Assembly (NCBI GenBank): GCA_963844715.1
Contig: CAWJPJ010000007.1
Span: 800,001 to 864,000 of the forward strand
Direction: 5' to 3'
From: an uncultured Phycisphaerales bacterium
Lineage (GTDB): Bacteria; Planctomycetota; Phycisphaerae; Tepidisphaerales; Tepidisphaeraceae
Length of the DNA stretch: 64,000 nucleotides
In this document: positions 23,249 through 33,128 of the stretch, in pieces
Position numbering within the stretch: the stretch's first letter is position 1
Layout: each line of letters starts with the position of its first letter
Notes under the pieces: model-generated
The model's database searches: none
The model's input: the letters and a program-made list of their open reading frames with translations, nothing else
What the model was told of the DNA's origin: nothing
Program-made: the position numbers and the translations under genes

Positions 23249-23488
23249 CTCCTTGTTCTGAAATGTCCGTCCAGTTTAGCCGTGGACGAAATGCCGACCC
23301 CCGTCGCTTGTTCCCTTCGCCGCGCCGAGGAAAGTAAAGACACCCAGCGCAGCCAAAAGTTGCGAAACCTCCCCGGCCGCAACCCACCGGAACTTACAAC
23401 CACCTATTCCACAAAGAACTTAACGATTTCCGCTTATAGATCAACGGGAAATTTGGAGCCTACGCGCAGAAGGCTTATTCTCGATGGC

Positions 23489-23713
23489 ATGGCCTCCCCT
23501 CATGAAATTCGCCCGCTCGACGTCGTCGCGCTCACCGTGGACGTTCCGGACGAAGGCTTGGTTCGCGGGCAAGTCGGTACGGTAGTGGAAAACCTCGCTC
23601 CCGGCGTGTTTGAAGTCGAATTTTCCGACGATGAGGGCCGCACCTACGCGCAACTCGCGCTGAAGGACGACCAACTGTTGCTTCTGCACTACCAACCCCA
23701 ACAGGCCGCCTGA
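23489..23713 (+). CDS. DUF4926-family protein
   Basis: LDVVALTVD..EGLVRGQVGTVVE...FEVEFSDDEGRTYA. Confidence 0.85.
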   Translation: MASPHEIRPLDVVALTVDVPDEGLVRGQVGTVVENLAPGVFEVEFSDDEGRTYAQLALKDDQLLLLHYQPQQAA

Positions 23714-24244
23714 TCACTTCCCCGGCTCCATCCGCTTCACGTAAAACTGCGATTCCGTGGCCCTTTGCCCAATGAAATGAAGATTCAGCGCATAGGCCAG
23801 TTTCGTCACCTTGAAGAACTCCCAAATCCGGTCCCCGTGCTTAAACTGGCGGTGCAGGTTCTCCTCGATCTGATCCGTCAATTCCGGTGGCACGATCCGC
23901 TGCCGGTCGTAATCCCATAGCGGGTCGATCCGCACCAGGAGCTGCGCCTCGTCCCAATCGATTGGATACCCGTGAATGTACCCATCGCCGGTCCGCGGCG
24001 TGTAAAACCAGAAGCAGATGAACCGGTCCTTCCAAACCGTGCTCGTCGCGTTGTCCGCCCCGGTGATCAGCCGGGCATGGCTGGTTCGAATCGCCTGCCC
24101 GTCCAGCGGTTTGCAGACCCACACCTTCCGATTCCGGCAATCGTAAACCCCCACGTGGGGGTACTTGCCGTTAAAACGGTCCGTGCAGAGCTTGGTGCTG
24201 ACGCGCGGTCCCTCCCCCGGATCGCGCTTGCTGAACTGAAACAT
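23714..24244 (-). CDS. Hypothetical protein, 176 aa
   Basis: Protein-like, aromatic-rich composition; RBS-like aaggga upstream. Confidence 0.65.
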   Translation of the reverse strand: MFQFSKRDPGEGPRVSTKLCTDRFNGKYPHVGVYDCRNRKVWVCKPLDGQAIRTSHARLITGADNATSTVWKDRFICFWFYTPRTGDGYIHGYPIDWDEAQLLVRIDPLWDYDRQRIVPPELTDQIEENLHRQFKHGDRIWEFFKVTKLAYALNLHFIGQRATESQFYVKRMEPGK

Positions 24245-24303
24245 TCATTTCCCTTGCGGCGGTTCACCAATCAGGATACGCGCGCAAAGGCAAAACGCCA
24301 AAC

Positions 24304-26251
24304 TCACCGCACCACCAGCGTGAACGGAGAAGCAAGAATCACCGGCCGCTGTTGCAGAAGCATGAGGATTTGCAATTGTTCCCCAACCGAATGCCGCAGC
24401 GGCGCGGGGAGGCGCCGCCAGGAATGCCGTTAATTCAGTCGGAGCGTTCAAGCTGATTTTCGGCCGGATCGGCAGGATCGAATCCGAGTCGTCATCCGAT
24501 GCCGAATCCGCATCCTGGTTGAACATGTCCGCCAAAGTCCGGGGCGGCGGCAGGACGCGAACGTCGTATTCGCCCGGCCGCAGATCGGTCTGCGCCGCCG
24601 CGTATGCCACCGCGCTCTCGACGCCGCCGATTTCGTCCACCATCCCAAGATCTTTCGCTTCCTTTGCCGAGAAGATCCGCCCGCGCGCCACCGCATCGAT
24701 GTCCTTGATCTTCCCGCTTCGTGTGGTCATCACCCGCTGCGTGAACTGGTCGTACGTCTGCTTCATCCAGCTCGTGACTTGCGCGCGCTGCTGATCGTCC
24801 CATTCCGCCGATTCGCTGAACAGGTCGGCGTTCTTGCCGCGCAGGAAAGATTCCGAGTTCAATCCCAGCTTCGTGAACAGGTCTTTCAGGACGAATTTTC
24901 CGCCCACCACGCCGATCGATCCGACGATCGCGGTCGGATCGGCAAAGATATAGTCGCCGCTCGAGGCCAGGTAATACCCGCCGCTTGCCGCCATCGACCC
25001 GACCGAAACGATCACCGGCTTTTCTTTCGCCAGCTCGCGCACCGATTGCCACATCACTTCGCTGGCCAATGCGCTTCCGCCCGGCGAATCGATGCGAATC
25101 ACCACCGCCTTGGTCTTGTCATCGCGCCGCGCTTCGCGCACCGCCTCGCGAAAATCCTCCGACCCGATATTGTCATCCTGGCTCATGATCCCCTGATCCG
25201 CCGTCCCGTCCACGATCACGCCCTCGGCGTAGATCACCGCCACGCAATCGCGCGTCGGCTCGGTCGGCTTGCGCGACAGCAGCGAGAAAATCGCAAACGG
25301 ACTCGACAGATCCACTTGCTCGCGCGCGTTTTCGCCGTAGTGGTGCAGCAGCTCCACCTTCTGCCCCATCGCGTCGGCCATCAGATCCCGCAATCCGTCC
25401 ATCTCAACCAGATGATCGACCAGCCCATGCTGCTTAGCCTGCGGACCGGGGATCATCGCCTGATCCACAAGCTGCTGCACATCGGACGCCGGAAGTTTCC
25501 GCCCCGTGGCGATCGCGTCCACGATCTGCGCATAAAGCGAGTCGGCCAGCTTATTCAATTGACCCGAAAGCTCCGGGCTCGCGTCCGTGCGCGTGTATTC
25601 TTCGTCCGCTCCTTTGTATTCCCCGATCTGAACGTAGTCCGCCTTCACCCCGACTTTATCCAAGAGCCCCTTGGCGAACATGGTTTCAAACCCCACCCCC
25701 GGCACCATGATCTCGCCGCCCTCCATCATGCAAACATCCGTCGCCCCCGACGCCGCGACGTACGCATCGGTGTCATATTCATCCGCATAGACGAACGACC
25801 GCTTCCCCTCCCGCGCCAGCGCCTGCAATTCGCTGCGCAACTCCATCGCCTGCGAAAGATTCAGCCCCGAGTCCCCGATGGTGATCAGAACCGCCTTGAT
25901 CCCCTTGTCCTGCCGCGCTTGCTCGAGCCGGTCGATCAGCACCCGGAGCGTAAGCCCCGAATCGGTCTCCCCGAACAGCGTAAAATCCGCCGGCTTTTCC
26001 GATACCGGCTCCGTCAGGTCAAAATACGCCACGCGCGGAACCGCCTGTTCCTGCACGCGCCGCGACTTCATCCGCGCGATCAGTTCCGCGGGGGTCGGGA
26101 ATTTCCCGCTCGGCTGCGTTGTCGCCGACTCGTCCGCCGGACGCGTCGACGATCCCGACGACATTTCCGCCGGGCATATCCGCGCTGTCTCAAGAACAAC
26201 CAATCCGCCCAGCGCGAGCATCGCCAGCGCCGCCGCAAAACTTCGCATCAT
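24304..26251 (-). CDS. sppA: Signal peptide peptidase SppA (67K type), C-terminal frameshift near 24410
   Basis: Two S49 domains; GEYKGA, RIDSPGGSA, SMAASGGY, VGSIGV, ARGRIF. Confidence 0.93.
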
Positions 26252-26472
26252 AAAACAGTCTCCCGCGTGGTCCCTTTTCCCTCGTCCTCTACTATAAGCC
26301 GTCCGTCGGCAATGGTTCAAACTAAAATCCCTCCCCGCCCCAAATATCGACCGTTTCCGAAACGGCCGCCGAATCAGAAATTCATACTGGAGGGAATTTG
26401 CCGCAATTGACGCCCACAGCATCACTTCTATAATGCCGCCACGGCATCGGATGCATCGGAAGGAGCGGGCCA

Positions 26473-29373
26473 TTGCATGGGACCAGGGCGGGTCTAGCAG
26501 GGGTGATGGTAGCGCTATGGCTCGGGTGGACGTCCTGTCTCTACGGCCAAACCGCCGGCGTCAGTGAAAAACTCCTGATCGATTCCACCACCGCCGCCGC
26601 CTGGCCTTCAGGCTCAACCAACATTCTCCAGCTCCAGGGCCCCGTCAAGATCACGATGGACAACATGGTCCTCCGCGCCGACAGCGCGGTCGTCTGGCTC
26701 TCCCCCAGCCCGGAGCGACTCCTCGGCGAGCAACAGGCCGACATCGTGCTCATCGGCAACGCCTCCCTCGCCAGCCGCGAAAATAACGTCACCCGCACCG
26801 CGCCCCGGCTCATCGTCAGCGCCGTCGTCCGCGGCATCCTCCGCCTCACCGCCCAGCGCTGCGACAACATTGACGAATCCGATACCGATCTCTTCAAGCA
26901 AGCCCAGAACATCCGCCAATTGGGCGCCGCCGCCGAGGATATCACCCAGCCCCCGCCCCCTCTCCCCGCGCCCACCACAAAACCTTCGGGACCGCAAATT
27001 CCCTCGATAATTCCCCCAAGCACCTCAAACACTGGCTACGTCGATTTGCACGCCGGCTTGGGCCAGCAGTTGGTCCTTGCCGATGACAGCGTCGTCATCG
27101 TCGTCAGTGGGGGGGTATCGCTTACGCAAACCAAGCCCAACGGTGATTTTCTTGAGCTGCTCTCCGAGCGCGGCGTCATCTTCACCAGCCTCAAAGGCGA
27201 GGATCTCAAAAGCGGCGTGAAGTCCACCGACCTGGGAAGCAAAATCACGGCTGCCTATCTTGAAGGCGACGTCCGCATCAATCTCACCCCCGTCGGGTTC
27301 CGCAAAGTCGAGCAGCGCTTCACCGCCGATCGCGTCTATTACGAATTTGCCGACGACCGCGCCGTCCTGACCAACGTGGTCATGCATACCATCGACCCGC
27401 GCACGCAAATCCCCATCATCATCCGCGCCGAAACGATGCATCAGCTCGCCCAGGGCGAGTACACGGCCCAGAAGGGCGTGATGACCACCAGTTCCTTCGC
27501 CATCCCCACGGTCAGCGTCCGCGCCAGCGACATATACGTTCACCAGGTTCCCGGCTACGAGGGAGACGTCAACAACGATTTCACCGCGAAGGACGCCACG
27601 CTCAATCTCTTCGGCCTCCCCGTCTTTTACATGCCCGAAGTCGCCGGCACCGTCAGCAACGACCCCTACCCGCTGCGCAATCTCTCCACCAGCAACACCC
27701 AGCGCTACGGGTTCGGCGTCACCTCGCAATGGGGGCTATTCGAATCGCTCGGCCGCCGGCCCCCGCAGGATCTCGACGTCTCCTATCGCCTCGACAATTT
27801 CTCCGAACGCGGTCCGGGCGGCGGCGTGGACGCCAATTACCAGGGCGGGTTCGTCGATGAAACCACCCTCCAACCCTGGGATTTCCAGGGCAATTTCACG
27901 AGCTATTTCATAGATGACCGCGGCATCGACAGCCTCGGCGGCGCTCGCGCCGACGTCCAGCCTCCCACCGACGACCGCGGCAGAATCCTCTGGCAGCACG
28001 AACATTTCTTCCCCGACGATTGGCAGGTCCAGATCCGCGCCGGTTACGTCTCCGATCCCACGTTCATGGAAGAATACTATCAGTCCGACTTCGACGACGG
28101 ACTCCCTTACGACCTCTCCTTCTACGTCAAACACCAGCAAGACGATGAAGCTCTTACCTTCCTCGGCGAAACCGACACCACCAATTTCGTCACCAACGCC
28201 GCGCAGCAGCCCGAGCAATATGACATTCAGCGAACCCCCGAGATCGGCTACCGCCGCATCGGCGACAGTATCTTCGACGATCAGGCGACCTTCTTCAGCC
28301 AGACCACTGGCTCGGGTCTGCGTTACGAACAAAGCCACGCCTCTCTCGAAGACCAGGGGTTCTATCCAGGCCTCTCTCCGGGTCTCCCCTCCTCCGGCTT
28401 CACCGGCACGACCGGCGGCACCGTTTGGCGCGGCGACACCCGTCAGGAAATCGACTGGCCCCTCGCCCTCGGCCAGGTCAAGATCGTCCCCTACGTCCTC
28501 GAACGCATCACTTCCTACAGCGACAGCCCCGGCGGGGACCCCCAAACCCGCCTCTATAGCGGCGGCGGTCTTCGCATGACCACCTCCTTCTGGAAAGTCG
28601 ACGACTCCGCTCAATCTGATCTTCTCGATATCCACCGGCTCAGAACCGTGATCGAACCGGAGGTGAATCTCTACGGTTCCGGAAGCACGGTCGACGATAG
28701 CCGCCTTTTTATCTACGACCCCGATGTCGACCAGATCAGCGACATCCAGGCCGCCCAACTCGCCTGGCATGAGCGCTGGCAAACCATGCGCGGCGGCCCC
28801 GACGGTTGGCGCAGCGTCGATTTATTGGAACTCAACGTCGAGGGAGATTTCTTCGCCAACGAGCCCCCGCCCGATATCCTCGACCCCGCCCAATTTCGCG
28901 GACTCTTCTTCCCCTCGGCTCCGGAAACTTCGGTTCCGCGCCAAGGCATCAACACCGACGCCACCTGGCACATCAGCGACACCACCAGCCTCCTTGCCGA
29001 CGACTCCTGGAGCCTCGACGGGCACGAACTTGCCACCGCCTCGGCAGGCATCGCCGTCTATCGCGATGAACATCTCTCTTATTATCTGGACGATCGTTAC
29101 GTCCAGATCCTCCACTCCCAGGTCATCAGCTTCTCCGCCAATTACGAACTGACCCGAAAATACACCGTCCAGGTCGGACAAAGCTTTAACTTCGGCGACA
29201 CCAGCGACATCAACTCCGTTCTCACCCTCATCCGCCAATTCGATTCCTTTTCTGTCGCCGTGACCGTCTTTCATGATGCCATCACCAATCAAAGCGGCTT
29301 CAACGTGAATCTCATCCCCATCGGCTTCCCCGGCCCCCAAGGCGGCCTCGTCGGGTTCCTTCAACCTCAGTGA
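26473..29373 (+). CDS. lptD: LptD-like outer membrane beta-barrel protein (start uncertain)
   Basis: 966 aa; signal peptide; YLEGDV...ADRVYY jellyroll; GLPVFYMP; SDPTFMEEYY; aromatic beta-strand C-terminus. Confidence 0.65.
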   Translation: MHGTRAGLAGVMVALWLGWTSCLYGQTAGVSEKLLIDSTTAAAWPSGSTNILQLQGPVKITMDNMVLRADSAVVWLSPSPERLLGEQQADIVLIGNASLASRENNVTRTAPRLIVSAVVRGILRLTAQRCDNIDESDTDLFKQAQNIRQLGAAAEDITQPPPPLPAPTTKPSGPQIPSIIPPSTSNTGYVDLHAGLGQQLVLADDSVVIVVSGGVSLTQTKPNGDFLELLSERGVIFTSLKGEDLKSGVKSTDLGSKITAAYLEGDVRINLTPVGFRKVEQRFTADRVYYEFADDRAVLTNVVMHTIDPRTQIPIIIRAETMHQLAQGEYTAQKGVMTTSSFAIPTVSVRASDIYVHQVPGYEGDVNNDFTAKDATLNLFGLPVFYMPEVAGTVSNDPYPLRNLSTSNTQRYGFGVTSQWGLFESLGRRPPQDLDVSYRLDNFSERGPGGGVDANYQGGFVDETTLQPWDFQGNFTSYFIDDRGIDSLGGARADVQPPTDDRGRILWQHEHFFPDDWQVQIRAGYVSDPTFMEEYYQSDFDDGLPYDLSFYVKHQQDDEALTFLGETDTTNFVTNAAQQPEQYDIQRTPEIGYRRIGDSIFDDQATFFSQTTGSGLRYEQSHASLEDQGFYPGLSPGLPSSGFTGTTGGTVWRGDTRQEIDWPLALGQVKIVPYVLERITSYSDSPGGDPQTRLYSGGGLRMTTSFWKVDDSAQSDLLDIHRLRTVIEPEVNLYGSGSTVDDSRLFIYDPDVDQISDIQAAQLAWHERWQTMRGGPDGWRSVDLLELNVEGDFFANEPPPDILDPAQFRGLFFPSAPETSVPRQGINTDATWHISDTTSLLADDSWSLDGHELATASAGIAVYRDEHLSYYLDDRYVQILHSQVISFSANYELTRKYTVQVGQSFNFGDTSDINSVLTLIRQFDSFSVAVTVFHDAITNQSGFNVNLIPIGFPGPQGGLVGFLQPQ

Positions 29374-29450
29374 GTGCTCATAATTTTTTCCTTGTCATTC
29401 CTATCTTTGTCTGGCAAGTCCAAAGCCCTCCCTGTACGATAATAAATAGC

Positions 29451-30872
29451 ATGGATGCGACGTTAGTTTCAGGTCGAAAGGATTCGGCTGCGAGCCTTTT
29501 TCGCGGGAAACGCGTCCATTTTATCGGCGTTGGCGGCACCGGCATGACCGGACTGGCCCACATGCTCATCGATGCCGGCGCCCTCGTTACCGGCTCTGAA
29601 CCCAAACTTAACGCCCAAACCGCCGATCTCATGCGCCTGGGCGCAAAAATTTCCCCTCGTCAGACCGGCGAACTTCTCGACCGCGGCCTCGACATCGTTG
29701 TCCGCAGCGCCGCCGTCTCCGACGATAACCGCGAATTCACCCTCGCCCGGCAACTCGGCATCCGAACCGTCAAATACGCCCAGCTTCTCGGCATGATCAT
29801 GGGCGAACGCCTCGGCGTCGCCGTCTCCGGGACCCACGGCAAATCCACCACCACCGCCATGATCAGTTTCGCGCTCCTCGAATGCGGGCTCGACCCCAGC
29901 TTCGTCGTCGGCGGAACCGTCCCCCAACTCGGCGGGAGCAGCCGCTGCGGGCAGGGGCAAATCTTCGTGGCCGAAGCCTGCGAATACGACCGCAGCTTCC
30001 ACAATCTGCATCCGCGCATCGCCGTCATCACCAACATCGAGGCCGATCACCTCGACTTTTACAAAAATATCGACGAGATCGTGGCCAGCTTCTGCGCCTT
30101 CGCCAAACTCGTCCCCCCGTTTGGCATGGTCATCGCCGGCGGCGACGACGACCGCGTCACCGAAGCCCTCCAGGGCATCTCCGCACCCGTCCAGCGCGCC
30201 GCGCTGGCGGCACTCCCCGGAAAGCTCGATTGGGCGACCCGCATCGTCGGCATCGCCGACGGGTGCTATCGCGGCGAAGTTCTCCGCCTCGGCAAAGTCG
30301 TCGGTGAACTGAAACTCTCCATCGCCGGACGCCACAATCTCATCAACGCCACCCTCGCCACCGCCGCCTGCGCCGCCTGCGGCCTCGATCCCGCCGAAGC
30401 CATCGCCGCGCTCAACCGCTTCACCGGCGTCGATCGCCGCATGAGCCTCGTCGGCCGCCACAACGGCGCCACCATCGTCGATGACTACGGCCATCACCCC
30501 ACGGAAATCCGCGCCACCCTCAAGGCCCTGCGCGAGCGCTTCTCGCCCCGGCGGCTCTTCTGCGTCTTCCAGCCGCACCAGCACAGCCGCACGCGATTCC
30601 TCCTCGACGAATTTGCCGGCAGCTTCGAACTCGCCGATGAAACCATCATTCCGGAAATATATTCCGTCCGCGACAGCGAAGCCGAGCGGCAGCGAATCAG
30701 CTCCGCCGATCTCGTCGAACGAATAAAATCTCGCGGCCGAGAGGCAAAATACCTTTCCGAATTCCCCGCGATCGTGGATTATCTCGATAAAGCCGCCGGA
30801 CCAGGCGATCTCATCGTCACCATGGGCGCGGGAAATGTTTGGGAAATCGGCCGACAGCTCAATTCCGGGTGA
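29451..30872 (+). CDS. murC: UDP-N-acetylmuramate--L-alanine ligase
   Basis: HFIGVGGTGM, GTHGKSTTT, EACEYD, NIEADHLD, DDYGHHPTEI, FQPH. Confidence 0.96.
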   Translation: MDATLVSGRKDSAASLFRGKRVHFIGVGGTGMTGLAHMLIDAGALVTGSEPKLNAQTADLMRLGAKISPRQTGELLDRGLDIVVRSAAVSDDNREFTLARQLGIRTVKYAQLLGMIMGERLGVAVSGTHGKSTTTAMISFALLECGLDPSFVVGGTVPQLGGSSRCGQGQIFVAEACEYDRSFHNLHPRIAVITNIEADHLDFYKNIDEIVASFCAFAKLVPPFGMVIAGGDDDRVTEALQGISAPVQRAALAALPGKLDWATRIVGIADGCYRGEVLRLGKVVGELKLSIAGRHNLINATLATAACAACGLDPAEAIAALNRFTGVDRRMSLVGRHNGATIVDDYGHHPTEIRATLKALRERFSPRRLFCVFQPHQHSRTRFLLDEFAGSFELADETIIPEIYSVRDSEAERQRISSADLVERIKSRGREAKYLSEFPAIVDYLDKAAGPGDLIVTMGAGNVWEIGRQLNSG

Positions 30873-30958
30873 TCGCTTCATCCGTTATTGTCGAAAAATA
30901 ACTTGAAATGCCGCGCACTGCGCCGAAACCAACCGGCAGGTCGAGAGTGAAGTGAGTT

Positions 30959-31852
30959 ATGTTGAAGCTATCCAGTCCGTTTTCCGGTCTTGAAGACGTC
31001 GTCGAAGAAAATGCCCCCCTGGCGCGCTATACCTGGTATCGCATCGGCGGTCCGGCGCGCTGGCTCATCCGCCCCCAATCCCTCGAGCAACTTCAGGAAG
31101 CCGCCCGCCGCTGCGCCGAATCCCAGATCCGAACCTTTATCCTCGGCCTGGGCGCCAATCTGCTGGTCGACGATGGCGGCGTCGACGGCGCCGTCTTCCG
31201 TCTCGACGCCGATTACTGGCGCCGCGTCCAGTTCAACGGCAATCTCGTCGAAGTCGCCGCGGGCGCCGATATGCAGCGCCTGCTGCTCAGAACCGTCCGT
31301 CAGGGCCTGGCCGGCATCGAATGCCTCGCCGGAATCCCCGGCACCGTCGGGGGCGGCATCCGCATGAACGCCGGAGGAAAATTCGGAGACATCGGCTCCA
31401 TCGTCTCCAGCGTCCAGGTCATGGACGCAGAGGGAAACCTATTCGAGCGCCACAAGGACGATCTCGTCTTCGACTATCGTTCAACCAACATCTCCGCCCC
31501 CTTTATCCTCAGCGCCGTCCTCGATCTTCAGGAGGACGATCCCGACCGCATCATGCGCAAGACCAAGGAAATCTGGATGTACAAGCGCAACACCCAGCCC
31601 CTCAACACCAAAAACGCCGGCTGCATCTTCAAAAACCCGCGCGGCCTCAGCGCCGGCGCTCTCATCGACCAGGCGGGACTCAAGGGCCTCCGCATCGGCG
31701 GCGCCGAAATCAGCGCCAAGCACGCCAATTTCGTCATTGCCCACCCCGGCTGCTGCGCCGAGGATGTTCTCTCGATCGTCAAAATCATTCGCGAAAAAGT
31801 CTTCGAGAAAAACCAAATCCATCTGGAAAGCGAAATCCAGATGTGGCCCTGA
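30959..31852 (+). CDS. murB: UDP-N-acetylenolpyruvoylglucosamine reductase
   Basis: GIPGTVGG..MNAG, FDYRS, AGCIFKNP, HANF. Confidence 0.96.
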   Translation: MLKLSSPFSGLEDVVEENAPLARYTWYRIGGPARWLIRPQSLEQLQEAARRCAESQIRTFILGLGANLLVDDGGVDGAVFRLDADYWRRVQFNGNLVEVAAGADMQRLLLRTVRQGLAGIECLAGIPGTVGGGIRMNAGGKFGDIGSIVSSVQVMDAEGNLFERHKDDLVFDYRSTNISAPFILSAVLDLQEDDPDRIMRKTKEIWMYKRNTQPLNTKNAGCIFKNPRGLSAGALIDQAGLKGLRIGGAEISAKHANFVIAHPGCCAEDVLSIVKIIREKVFEKNQIHLESEIQMWP

Positions 31853-31861
31853 GGACGGCTC

Positions 31862-32745
31862 ATGCGCATCACCGTCCTATATGGCGGACCGAGTGCCGAG
31901 CGGGAAGTCAGTCTCGTCAGCGGCCAGGCCGTCATCGACGCCCTCCGCCAGATGGGCCACGACGTTTTCCCCAGCGACATCTCCCCGGGCGATCTCTCCG
32001 GCCTCGATCATCCCGCCGACGTCATCTTCCCGGTCCTCCACGGCGAATTCGGGGAAGACGGCCAACTCCAAAAATCCTCGAAGACAGAAAACTCAAATTC
32101 GTGGGCAGCGGCTCCGCGGCCTCGCGCCTGGGCATGAACAAAGTCGCCACCAAGGAGGCCTGGGGCCTGGCCGGTCTCCCCACCCCCAAATACTGCATCG
32201 TCGGCCGCGGCGAATCCCCCGACGAATTCACCGGCCGATGGGTCGTCAAAGCCATCGAAAACGGCAGCAGCATCGACGTCTTTGTCTGCAAAGCCCCCGA
32301 ACAAACCGGCCACGCCATTCAGGAAGTCCTCAAGCGCCACCCCGAGGCCCTGGTCGAGCAATTCGTCGAGGGAATCGAACTGACCGTAGGCCTACTTGAG
32401 GAAGAGCCCCTCGCCCCCATCCACATCGTCTCCAAGCGGGAATTCTTCGACTACGAAGCCAAATACAAAGCCCCCGACACCGAGCACCGCTTCAACACCG
32501 GCCTCCCCCAGGAAGTGGTCGAATCCTGCAAGGAACTGGCCCGAAAGGCGAACGCCGTGGTGGGGGCCCGCGATCTCGCCCGCGTCGACATGATCGTCGA
32601 TCCCGACATGCACCCCTATCTGCTCGAGATCAACACCCTGCCCGGTTTCACCCCAAAAAGTCTACTGCCCGAAGCGGCGAAGCATGCGGGGGTCGAGTTT
32701 GGGCCGCTCTTAGACAGGCTCGTCAAGCGAGCTTGGGCTCGATAG
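31862..32745 (+). CDS. ddl: D-alanine--D-alanine ligase, frameshifted near 32070
   Basis: GGPSAEREVSLVSG, LHGEFGEDG, FDYEAKY, LEINTLPG. Confidence 0.95.
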
Positions 32746-33128
32746 GGAGGCCGTTCGATAGGCTCAGGGCAGGATACAAAAAGGCCCGAAAGGATGCGCG
32801 ACGGCAGGGTGATTAGCCTACTTATCAATCTGCATCTTCTTGTTGGATTGATGGTTATAGATAAGGCGAGACTTCTGTCCTGAAGGGGGCGCATCGTGGG
32901 CTGCGTCAGAGAGCAGAGAATTGAATATAGATAAAGGAATCCAGCCTGATCAAAGGAGAAAAACTTGGCGTTGGCCGCCGCAACCGTCCTCGCCGCCCGC
33001 CCTGTCCGACCGGCCCTTGTGTGCGGCAGGGTCCTTGGGCAATTTAGGTTCTTGATGCTAATTGACACCTGTAAAGAAAGGCCCGTGTACGATTCCGGTT
33101 CGGTCGGCGCGATAGAGGTAGCGAATAA

